Positions 10,401 to 18,126 of a DNA stretch of 64,000 nucleotides are shown here, one piece after another. The stretch is taken from assembly GCA_043826355.1 (NCBI GenBank), contig JBDRQI010000005.1, positions 1-64,000 of the forward strand, read 5' to 3'. The notes under the pieces are model-generated. The model worked only from the letters and a program-made list of their open reading frames with translations, did not search any database and was not told the origin of the DNA. This DNA is from Candidatus Omnitrophota bacterium (GTDB taxonomy: Bacteria; Ratteibacteria; UBA8468; MWAK01). The position numbers were made by a program, and so were the translations under genes. Every line of letters begins with the position of its first letter. Position 1 is the first letter of the stretch.

Positions 10401-11314
10401 CGAATCATGAAGTAAAAGCAACAGCGATTGATTCTTTGAGTAATTTCAAGGGTGAATTGGAATGGACCGGCATTAAATTAGCCCTTTCTGTAGATATCGG
10501 TGAGGACGAAAAACTTGGTGAAAATTTATGTGGAATATTTGATACCAAGCATGGAATTTCACCTAATGCATTAAAAAATAGCGATATCGAAATATTGTTA
10601 TCTAAATTACTAAAAATTAAGGAATTACGTCGGCACTACCATATAGACGAGTTTCTCAAATATGTTTCCAAACGAAACCTCTTATTGAGCGCTAATTTTC
10701 TGATCAATCGGTATGAATACGCTATTAAAAATAATAAAAGGGAAAGTGGCTACCAACCTATGCCATATTCCGGATTTCACAATGCTTTTAAATGCATATC
10801 AGAAAATCCATCCTATAAAGATATTTTACGTAGGATACGGGAAATGACTTTGAAGGAAAAATGGCTGTCTTCATTTTGGCTTCCCCGATTATTCGAGGAA
10901 CTATCTGATGGATTCTGCTTGAAAAGTTTGGAAGTTCTTGAAGAATGGTTAAATTCCGGCAATGAAAAAAAGATTGCGGGGGCATCTTTATTACTCAGAG
11001 AAGCTCCTTCCGATTTCGTATTTACCAATCATTCTTTTGCTCAAAAAATGCTCGAAAAAGCCTATAACAAGAGTATAGAGTGCTATCGTAAAGTCAAAGG
11101 TAATCTTGCCGGAAGCGCTATTTCTGGTGAACGAAGCGGCACACCAGGGCAACCCATGCCTCAAGATGTTATTTTACGCGACAGCGCCAATGGGATGTGC
11201 AAAAAATTGCTTGTGGGTTCACCAGCCTTTTGGTTTTATGATACACTAAGGAAACATGCTGAAGAATCGATAAGGGATGACCTTCTCAGAGACGAAGAAA
11301 TTTTTGATCAATAG
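7442..11314 (+). CDS. DUF4062 domain + STAND-type P-loop NTPase + long helical C-terminus (Avs/NLR-like)
   Basis: N-terminal KIFISSTYEDLKNER...GGRYG...SITEIEYNTA (DUF4062); Walker A GRGGIGKS; Walker B VIVVDDAH; about 800 aa of helical C-terminus. Confidence 0.75.
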   Translation: MKIFISSTYEDLKNERREVIATIDRVGQAIAMEKFFSSNHQSKHVCVRELQQCDGIIVILGGRYGHIDPEEKISITEIEYNTAKSLGLKCFVFIKKITEKGWKSCEVDPSTKTKHNQFRNKLELEHFRREFTSSDELGKEIIGSIRQYEIDRGILGARVSPFVSPEIFFKPFSNPSGLFNHTFPLIGRTDYLNRLKHFVSSSKRILIMYGRGGIGKSKILFEFSKICSKNKSKWGLLFLREGVSLDNEASKQLPAKPCVIVVDDAHRRSDIGFLSAIAMQYSDRIKLIFSSRPQGKDYVHSTLLRAGFDISEIEEIESVENLTHDEVKKLSEQVLGPKFRQFAESLFVSTKDCPLATVVGGQLISKKLIDPKILERQSEFQEIVFNRFQEVLLGDDISKKIKPELCRSILSLLSALSPIPVNDQRFQKQAATFLNVQPFELMDTIGLLENNGILLRRGYKLRIIPDVLSDHILYNTCLTKQGDTTGYAKQIFDAFSNIMPENILSNIAELDWRVNQGGKKIDLFSDIWRIIEKEFHEASNYGRSIIFENLERVAYFQPARVLALIEVAIRNPATKQDKQTIFKLANYDHQSVLNKLPNILRSISYNFEYLPRCCELLWKLGRDDARPTNPHPEHAMRVLESLAGYDVGKPVAISASVLEAMDSVLKQPEVHQHFHSPLDILDAFLSKDGLTTRSEGHKILWKPFAISFKNTQPLRKKCIELMRIYISSKSPKVVLRTIRSLADDLRSPLGYLGRPISKKEKDQWLPERLEILEILSTLVRTTKEPVVHLSVVSELQWYAKHDSQVKIRAKASEIIAAVPRGFEFRITQGFWNCYEKNWDGNGGYDKFQKRIQSEIEQAVVEFLKRFRTAKKIFSYLNNKFQHFQKYGIENINPVIFLSKIAEKDPLMTYQICRFIVKYPCPLEICFHSMLYAVRKNDERKTISLIGSAVATGRRDLCFSIAHDYRWGWHQNFERADVEIIKKLLKSPNHEVKATAIDSLSNFKGELEWTGIKLALSVDIGEDEKLGENLCGIFDTKHGISPNALKNSDIEILLSKLLKIKELRRHYHIDEFLKYVSKRNLLLSANFLINRYEYAIKNNKRESGYQPMPYSGFHNAFKCISENPSYKDILRRIREMTLKEKWLSSFWLPRLFEELSDGFCLKSLEVLEEWLNSGNEKKIAGASLLLREAPSDFVFTNHSFAQKMLEKAYNKSIECYRKVKGNLAGSAISGERSGTPGQPMPQDVILRDSANGMCKKLLVGSPAFWFYDTLRKHAEESIRDDLLRDEEIFDQ

Positions 11315-11473
11315 GTAATTCTTGCGTTGGGTAAGACCTAATTATATCTATTTATTTTCCGGTTGTTGATATTGGCTCTGCAAAATCACTGTTCACTGGC
11401 TCGAAAACATAAGTTTTGTATCGATTGTTTTCGCAGTTCGAATAAAATATCGTCGTTTTAGTAATCGAATGAT

Positions 11474-11878
11474 ATGTTTAACTTTAAGAAAAAGGAAGCT
11501 GTAAATCGTGGGTATTTTTGTCAAAAATGTGGTCGAAAAAAGTGGTTAACTGGCTTGATTAGGGGCCGATTCTGCTTACACTGTATAAGAAATACAGCGA
11601 ACGATATTCACGTTTCTATATCGGAGAATATAACCGCACGAGACTCTTTCAATCTTAAAAAGAAATCGCCAGGGTTTAGAGAGTTTGCGGTTAAGATTAT
11701 TGTCGGCTGGTTTGGTAGCCATCGTTACAAAGATGGCGTCGATCTTTCCAGGTCGCTAGACAAGGAAAAGGACAAGTATGACGAAGTCGTTAAAGACCAC
11801 AGGACTGGCAAGATTGTATACGAAAATCACGAAAAATTAAGTGAGCACAAGGAACATGGTAGCGCAAAACAACGATAA
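11474..11878 (+). CDS. Zinc-finger hypothetical protein
   Basis: CQKC...CLHC; His-rich C-terminus HEKLSEHKEHGSAK. Confidence 0.6.
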   Translation: MFNFKKKEAVNRGYFCQKCGRKKWLTGLIRGRFCLHCIRNTANDIHVSISENITARDSFNLKKKSPGFREFAVKIIVGWFGSHRYKDGVDLSRSLDKEKDKYDEVVKDHRTGKIVYENHEKLSEHKEHGSAKQR

Positions 11879-11882
11879 GACT

Positions 11883-12401
11883 ATGGAGCCAATCGATTAT
11901 TTCGATAATCTTACGTGCTCAATTGCGACCGTTAGGTTACTACTTCAAAAAGCACATAAAAACGGTTCTCTTATTGAGGGGTTGTGTTTGTATGTCTCTG
12001 CTATAGATGGATTACTTAGACTTGCTATTGTTTATACGAGAACTCAAAAATCCCCTGACCACAAATATTCATTTGAGAAAAGACTGATTTACCAAGATGA
12101 TGGTGAAAGAACGTATTCGGAAAAGGAAATATATCGTATTGCGCTTGAAGAGCAGGTTATTAGTCCAGAGTTGTACCAAAAACTATTAGACATGTATGAA
12201 TTTAGGAATAAGGTCATACATCGATTCAGCATTTCTACAATTACTTGCTCTCAAATTGCCGAGGCCTGTATAAAGTTCGAAAGAATTTACAACGAGATTT
12301 TCAAAATTGTTGAATTTTTGGAGCATGGACCTCATGGCCCAAAACCTATCGATAAGAAGACCAAACAGAAAATTTTTGAAAGAATTAAGAGAAAAATTTA
12401 A
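11883..12401 (+). CDS. HEPN-like protein
   Basis: Small helical protein with EFRNKVIH (R-x4-H); ATG at 11883, 4 nt after the previous stop. Confidence 0.6.
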   Translation: MEPIDYFDNLTCSIATVRLLLQKAHKNGSLIEGLCLYVSAIDGLLRLAIVYTRTQKSPDHKYSFEKRLIYQDDGERTYSEKEIYRIALEEQVISPELYQKLLDMYEFRNKVIHRFSISTITCSQIAEACIKFERIYNEIFKIVEFLEHGPHGPKPIDKKTKQKIFERIKRKI

Positions 12402-12598
12402 CTTGGTCTGAATGACCCAAATGGCTCAGTAGATCGCCGAAAACTATTTTAAAATAGCCTTGTAAAACAAAAACATCACCACTGGTTATTTAATTCACGC
12501 GTCTCAGGTCATGGTAAAGTAGTACAAACTTATCTTTCTGCGCAACTTCTCCCATCTTGATTTTTCTCCCACAAACAACGAAAATAAGCACATACAAA

Positions 12599-14221
12599 TC
12601 AAGAAGGCCTCGATTCTTCTGTGGACCCACCTGATAGAATAGTCCTTAACCCCTGCCATTCCTTCAATTCTTCCACAATTTGGTTCCAGTTAAGTCCTAA
12701 GAAGTGCACCAACGATGACTTTTGACCGTCAAAATGCTGATTCAGCGTGTAAATATACCCCAGTTTTGCGGTTCCATAACCAAAATCTTTTATGTACGGG
12801 ATTCCTTCCGGAAAGACCAGCTTATGGAACCTCGGCCGAAGTCGCCATAATAATTGAGGCCATTTTTTGCCGAAACCGCGAATAAAAGCAATGGCGTAAG
12901 TCAAAACACCCTCAATATCAAATCCTTCGATCCGGGATTGACTCAAGAAAAATTTTGTTTCCAGTATTTCGTTCTCTACTTCCTGCTTTCTTTCGACGAA
13001 CTCGTCTTTCGTATAAGAACCTTCTTCTCTCATATCAAAGATTCGTTTTCTTTTCTCCTGAAGCACGACAAGCCGTTTTTCGTATTTCAGCCCTTTAGAT
13101 TTCATTGCCTTTTCTTTCTTTTTCCAGAATTCCAGAACTACTTCTTTGAAATAAAAAAAGAACCTTTCTTTGGGCGTAATGCCCTCAAGATAGCTGGAGA
13201 ATTTAGCTTCGAGGGTATCTTTTGCCATGCTTTTTCCGTATACAGGGCATTCTTTGTTTAAGCAGTGGTAATAAAAATATCTCCCACCATGTCCCCTGGG
13301 CGAACTTCCGGTAAGAGGTCTGCCGCAGGAAGCGCATATTATGGTTCTTCTCAGCGGAAAATCCGGATTGTATCTCTGGCGTTTCATCAAATGTTTTCTT
13401 TTGCCGGAACGGACAAGCTGGATTTGATACATTTCCTCTTTTGTTATCATCGGCTTATGTAAGCCTTCTTTTTCTTCGCCTGTCCAGGGATTGATAATGA
13501 TTCCTGTATAGAACTTCAAATATTTGCCGAGAATGAAGTCAGCAGTTTGACGAGTGGTTTTCCTACCCCGAACAGCACTCAATCCCCATTCGTCAAGCAG
13601 CCGGGCCAATTCCACCTGGCTGTGTAACCCTTTTGCGTATTCCCTGAGGGCTCTTTGAATCAGAGGAAAGATTTGTTCATCCGGCGGATCCGGTTCATTC
13701 TTTTTCTCTCCCCGCTTTTTGAAATGAGAACATTTATAACCCATGGGCGGTTTCCAGGGATAGATGCCTTGATTTATTCTCGCCAGCATTCCATCAGTAC
13801 ACCGCTGTTTTCTTATGGCATTGTCATACTCGGAGGCTCCGGCCAGAACGGTTTCAATGAATTTTTCTGCCGGTTTATTGCCGATTGGCTCGGTAACAGA
13901 ATGAAGCATCGTCCCGTAATTCATGAGGATTTTACGAACGGCAAAGTGATCTTCGGTATTCCGGGCAAATCTGTCGACTCGCAGTACGATAAAAGCCTGT
14001 ATGTGGTTTTTGTTTTTGCGGCAGAACTCCAAAGCTTCCAAAAACTTTTTCCTGTTGTTCAAGCTCAGATCTTTGGCTGTTTCTCCTTCTTCCCGAAAAA
14101 CTGCCACTATTTCAATGCTTTTCTGCTCACAGTACTTGCGACAAAGTTCCTCTTGAAATTCCAAAGAGGTTCCTTTGATTTGTTCATCGCTCGACACTCT
14201 TGTGTAGATAATACCTTTCAT
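12599..14221 (-). CDS. Large serine recombinase (resolvase + recombinase + zinc ribbon)
   Basis: YTRVSSDEQ catalytic motif, VDRFARN, PPMGY, CASC...YYHC..C zinc ribbon, coiled coil. Confidence 0.92.
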   Translation of the reverse strand: MKGIIYTRVSSDEQIKGTSLEFQEELCRKYCEQKSIEIVAVFREEGETAKDLSLNNRKKFLEALEFCRKNKNHIQAFIVLRVDRFARNTEDHFAVRKILMNYGTMLHSVTEPIGNKPAEKFIETVLAGASEYDNAIRKQRCTDGMLARINQGIYPWKPPMGYKCSHFKKRGEKKNEPDPPDEQIFPLIQRALREYAKGLHSQVELARLLDEWGLSAVRGRKTTRQTADFILGKYLKFYTGIIINPWTGEEKEGLHKPMITKEEMYQIQLVRSGKRKHLMKRQRYNPDFPLRRTIICASCGRPLTGSSPRGHGGRYFYYHCLNKECPVYGKSMAKDTLEAKFSSYLEGITPKERFFFYFKEVVLEFWKKKEKAMKSKGLKYEKRLVVLQEKRKRIFDMREEGSYTKDEFVERKQEVENEILETKFFLSQSRIEGFDIEGVLTYAIAFIRGFGKKWPQLLWRLRPRFHKLVFPEGIPYIKDFGYGTAKLGYIYTLNQHFDGQKSSLVHFLGLNWNQIVEELKEWQGLRTILSGGSTEESRPS

Positions 14222-14451
14222 GAATTGATGATGGGATTATGTTTAGGCGGATCGATGGTTTCATCGTACAGGAAATCTTTTGATTTGTTAAGAGGGCCAG
14301 AATCGGCTTTTTCCTTGAGTTCTTTTTCATGCAGCCATTGTTCAAAGATTATTTCCACAAGGTTATAAAACCCGTCCCTTATTTCCGTGGCTTCGTCTTC
14401 AGACATATTCGGTTCATTCAATATTTTTTTGGTTTCTTCAATGCTTAACAT
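14218..14451 (-). CDS. Small protein translationally coupled to the recombinase
   Basis: 77 aa; ATGA overlap with the recombinase start. Confidence 0.65.
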   Translation of the reverse strand: MLSIEETKKILNEPNMSEDEATEIRDGFYNLVEIIFEQWLHEKELKEKADSGPLNKSKDFLYDETIDPPKHNPIINS

Positions 14452-14573
14452 AGTTTTTACCTTAAGCGTAAAGAAACCGGAAAAGAATCAAAGACGGGTG
14501 AAAAAACCTCAGGGCACAAATTCGATCGTCTTTGATTGCGTTATTTTTCCGCCAGTATGAAGAAACAAAGATT

Positions 14574-15308
14574 ATGTCTGATTATTTCAAGAACTGGTGG
14601 AGGCCCTTATGGTCCGGCCTGGTGATTGACCTTGACGGAAAACATTCCAAACAGATGAAAACAAGCGTCTGGCTGTTTCTCTATCTCCTGGTAACAGCCG
14701 ATTCCCAGACCGGAACCCTGGTCAAGACTTACGCGGAGATAAGCCGGGAAACGGGCCGGAAAGAAAAGACCGTCCGGAAATGGATGCATAATTTGGTGAG
14801 AAAAGGGTATGTTACGGTCAAAAGAAGGAGGGGAAGCCTGTCTGTCTCTATCAAACGGTGGAAAAGTTTTGATAACTGCCCCGATCAGGGCATTACCCGG
14901 AAAGAAAATGCTCCAAAAAGGGTAATCAACCTGCTCCAATTGGGGCAGATACAAAAGGAACAAAAAACCCCAAAATCCCTTTATTCAAGCCGAAAAACGA
15001 GAAAAGAAGGAAGTTTTACCGATAAACGTAACGTTATAAGAGATAATAATAATATCGTTAACGTTAAGGAACCGATTTCTTTTAAGGATTATTCTCCCAA
15101 GACCAGCGAAGAACTTTTAGCCCTGGATTTGGCCCAATCTTTAAATGACCTTAAAAGCTTGAATTTCTATCTTTCGGTTTCCGGGAAATACCCGGAAGAA
15201 CTTTTAAGGAGAATCTGTAACCAGGTGAAAGAAATTCCTACAGAGAAGATCAAGAAATCAAAAGGAGCGTTGTTTACTTATCTGCTTAAAAATACTGTCG
15301 GGGAATAG
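14574..15308 (+). CDS. wHTH protein resembling phage/plasmid replication initiators
   Basis: VWLFLYLL...TYAEISRETGRKEKTVRKWMHNLVRKGYV wHTH, low-complexity linker, C-terminal KSKGALFTYL domain. Confidence 0.6.
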   Translation: MSDYFKNWWRPLWSGLVIDLDGKHSKQMKTSVWLFLYLLVTADSQTGTLVKTYAEISRETGRKEKTVRKWMHNLVRKGYVTVKRRRGSLSVSIKRWKSFDNCPDQGITRKENAPKRVINLLQLGQIQKEQKTPKSLYSSRKTRKEGSFTDKRNVIRDNNNIVNVKEPISFKDYSPKTSEELLALDLAQSLNDLKSLNFYLSVSGKYPEELLRRICNQVKEIPTEKIKKSKGALFTYLLKNTVGE

Positions 15309-15554
15309 GAAAACCACTGCCCTTGACGTTTTCTCTGTTTTATGGCATAGTCAGGGACGTCGTGAGTGCGCTTCCTCCCCGATATACCCCTTCTTTATTT
15401 CTAACCTGAAACCCGTCTAAATACGTTTTTTCAACCTGTATCCCTTAAGATATGGGTTTTTCTTGTTTGCGTGTTCACGCAAATCCTCCCGAATAGGCAA
15501 GCAAATAAAGAAGAGATAGTCTGGGGATAAATTCGCGCAATCCTTCCGATTTTT

Positions 15555-15836
15555 ATGGAAAACCTCAAAAGGATAGAAAACAGAATCTGGAAATATAGAA
15601 CAGTCAGAGGACTAAAGCAAAGCGAGCTGGCTTTTTTGATCGGCCAGAAGAATTCGGGCCAGGTTTCCCGTTATGAAAGAGGCCAGGTAATTCCCACTCT
15701 GGAACAACTGACAAAGATTTGTTTTGGCCTGGAGATTGAGATTAAAAACCTGTATCCGGATTTAATCGCAAAATGGCGCCGGGAAACAGAAGCAAAAAAA
15801 GCCGGACTGGGAAAAGCCGGGAATAAAATCTCTTAA
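15555..15836 (+). CDS. XRE-family HTH regulator
   Basis: RGLKQSELAFLIG....QVSRYERG..PTLEQL. Confidence 0.88.
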   Translation: MENLKRIENRIWKYRTVRGLKQSELAFLIGQKNSGQVSRYERGQVIPTLEQLTKICFGLEIEIKNLYPDLIAKWRRETEAKKAGLGKAGNKIS

Positions 15837-15840
15837 ATTT

Positions 15841-16374
15841 ATGCCCCATCAAAACAAATCCTTCAAAATCCTTGCCGTCAGACCCGGAACCAAATATTTG
15901 GGGATAGCGGTATTGGACAACCAAGATTTGGTCTTTTGGAGAAATATGAAGATAAGGGAAAGAAAAATGCCTGCCCGCCGCGTCTTGAAAAGATTCAGGG
16001 GTATTCTCAGCAGACTCATCGATTTCTGGTCCCCCCGGGCAATAGCGGTAGAAGATATCGTTTATGTCCAGGCGAAGAAAAGCGTTCTGTTAAATACTCT
16101 GGCCGAAGAGATTAAAAAGATCGGCAAAGAAAAAAGAGTGAAGGTCTATTTTCACCCGCCTCTTTCCGCCCGGAAATTTATCTGCCGGAAAGAGAAGCCG
16201 ACCAAAATGAACGTTGCGAAAATCCTGTCCGCCAGTTATTACCCCTGGCTCAGGAAAAATTACGAAAAGGAAAAGAGAAAGCCCTGGTGGAAGGCAAAAT
16301 ATGATTTGAGAATTTTTGATGCCATTGCCGTAGGACTATTTTGTCTTCGTCAACGAAAAAGAAATTCCGCATAG
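15841..16374 (+). CDS. RuvC-like (Holliday-junction resolvase fold) protein, first catalytic Asp replaced by Arg
   Basis: ILAVRPGTKYLGIAVL (canonical ILAIDPG), AIAVED, PTKMNV, FDAIAVG. Confidence 0.7.
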   Translation: MPHQNKSFKILAVRPGTKYLGIAVLDNQDLVFWRNMKIRERKMPARRVLKRFRGILSRLIDFWSPRAIAVEDIVYVQAKKSVLLNTLAEEIKKIGKEKRVKVYFHPPLSARKFICRKEKPTKMNVAKILSASYYPWLRKNYEKEKRKPWWKAKYDLRIFDAIAVGLFCLRQRKRNSA

Positions 16375-16427
16375 TTATCCACAGCCCCTCCTTGTTTTTT
16401 CCGGCGGATACTTTAGAATTAAATCAA

Positions 16428-17744
16428 ATGAATAATTCTAAATCGCATAAAGGTTTTACCCTTGTCGAAATGTTAATCGTCATTGGTATCCTGGCCATCT
16501 TAGTGGCTGTGGTTGTCTCTGTGCTTAACCCAGCTGAGTTCTTCAAACAAACCAGGGATTCCAGGCGTCTATCTGATTTAAACCAATTAGACAAAGCTCT
16601 TAATCTAGCCACCTTGGATAATGTCTCCATGGGAACAGCTAACGTGGTATATCTTTCAGTGCCTGATAATTCTGGCGGCGCTACCACCACTTGTTCAGGC
16701 ATGACTCCTCCAGTTGGCTGGACTTATCAATGTTCTAACTCTGATAACTACAGAAAAGTTGATGGCACTGGCTGGGTCCCTGTTGATTTCTCTTCTCTAG
16801 TCACAGTTCCCAGCGCTTTAACTCTATTACCAATAGATCCTATTAACAGCACTTCCACCAATTTGTTCTATACCTATACTCCTGGTTCCTGGGAACTGAC
16901 TGCTCTTTTTGAAACAACCAAGTACCAAACCAAATACCCTGGTTTTGGCACTTCCACTGTGTATACCGCAGGCAATCATCAGGGAATCTCACCCAATAAC
17001 ATTGCCATGAGAACAGGCACAGGAGGAGGCGGAGAAGGCACCACTCAATACACCCTCATTGTTAATAAAACCGGAGATGGTTCAGGCACTGTTACCAGCA
17101 ATCCTTCTGGTATTGATTGCGGTTCTACCTGCAACTACGACTTTGATGATGACACTGAAGTCACTTTAACCGCTGAAGCAGCAGGAGGTTCTACCTTTAC
17201 TGCTTGGTCAGGAGAAGGATGTTCAGGCACAGGAACTTGCGTTGTCACCTTATCTGAAGACAGAGAAGTGACGGCTAATTTTGATGTGGCAGGGCCTCAA
17301 ACAGGATATGTAGACCCTAATGGCTCTGTCCAGTATCAAATGTCGCAATGGCCTGACAACCCCCCCTGGACCACCAACTATATGCGTGTTGACGACGGCA
17401 TAAGGCAACCAACCGAACCAGATATAACAGATTATCTATTTAACGGAGGGACTGATATATTTGATATGACCACCTTTACAGTGGACTCCATATCAAATAT
17501 AAAGGTCTGGGTTTATTCCATTAAAGGTGGTCCAATGCCTGAGCAGACAGTTACATTAAGCATTTTTGTAGACGGGGATTGGGTTAATGGGACTGCTATT
17601 TCGCCTACTGATACCAAGGCTTGGTATAGTTCATCCTTTGATGGCACATGGACACAGGAAGACTTAGATGCTTTAAGGGTAAAGGTAAATTCTGGGATGC
17701 CGTATATCTACGCCGTATATGCAGAAGTGACTTATACTCAATAA
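16428..17744 (+). CDS. Type IV pilin-like protein with C-terminal beta-repeat (InlB B-repeat-like) and a further beta domain
   Basis: Class III signal KG/FTLVEMLIVIGILAILVAVV; LNPAEFFKQTRDSRRLSDL; GSGTVTSNPSGIDCGSTC...FTAWSGEGCSGTGTCVV repeat. Confidence 0.85.
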   Translation: MNNSKSHKGFTLVEMLIVIGILAILVAVVVSVLNPAEFFKQTRDSRRLSDLNQLDKALNLATLDNVSMGTANVVYLSVPDNSGGATTTCSGMTPPVGWTYQCSNSDNYRKVDGTGWVPVDFSSLVTVPSALTLLPIDPINSTSTNLFYTYTPGSWELTALFETTKYQTKYPGFGTSTVYTAGNHQGISPNNIAMRTGTGGGGEGTTQYTLIVNKTGDGSGTVTSNPSGIDCGSTCNYDFDDDTEVTLTAEAAGGSTFTAWSGEGCSGTGTCVVTLSEDREVTANFDVAGPQTGYVDPNGSVQYQMSQWPDNPPWTTNYMRVDDGIRQPTEPDITDYLFNGGTDIFDMTTFTVDSISNIKVWVYSIKGGPMPEQTVTLSIFVDGDWVNGTAISPTDTKAWYSSSFDGTWTQEDLDALRVKVNSGMPYIYAVYAEVTYTQ

Positions 17745-18028
17745 AAATAATTGATATAACCATACACGTTGCATCAGTGAGAATAAATAATATCCCTTTT
17801 TAACGGTTCGAATAAGATTTCTGCTCTATTGAAACCACATGTTTGATGCGGTGGAATTGGGAGTGTGCTATTTGAAAAAACTCTGAACGTATTGAACAAA
17901 TTTGTACGCCGGCACGGATAAATTTGTACTATTCGCCTGAATCCGGCGCCAAAAGATTTGCCCGAAACTGACAATTTTCCTTGGTTCCGCTTAGGTTTTT
18001 GCCGGTTTTCTTGCCCCTTTGGTCCTTT

Positions 18029-18044
18029 TGGCAAAAATATTGCT
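18029..18044 (+). promoter_or_regulatory. sigma54-type -24/-12 promoter
   Basis: TGGCAAAAATATTGCT: GG-N10-GC, about 80 nt upstream of the HD-GYP gene. Confidence 0.6.
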
Positions 18045-18126
18045 CCCTATACAATTGGTGCGGTATGCGCTCATACGTTCCGGTTCCGGACGGTGTTGAA
18101 ATTAAAATCAGGAAGGACGGGCCTTT

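Noticed and set aside
12854..14368. Plus-strand ORFs of 135 and 237 aa, and similar antisense ORFs elsewhere (e.g. 34899-35642, 43815-44375, 56861-57610)
   Set aside because: Shadow frames of well-supported genes, with no motifs.
15841..16374. TnpB/Cas12-type RNA-guided nuclease
   Set aside because: Only 177 aa with contiguous resolvase-type motifs; no zinc finger or REC/WED region.
17745..18126. c-di-GMP riboswitch upstream of HD-GYP
   Set aside because: No GEMM-like motif recognised; a sigma54 layout fits better.
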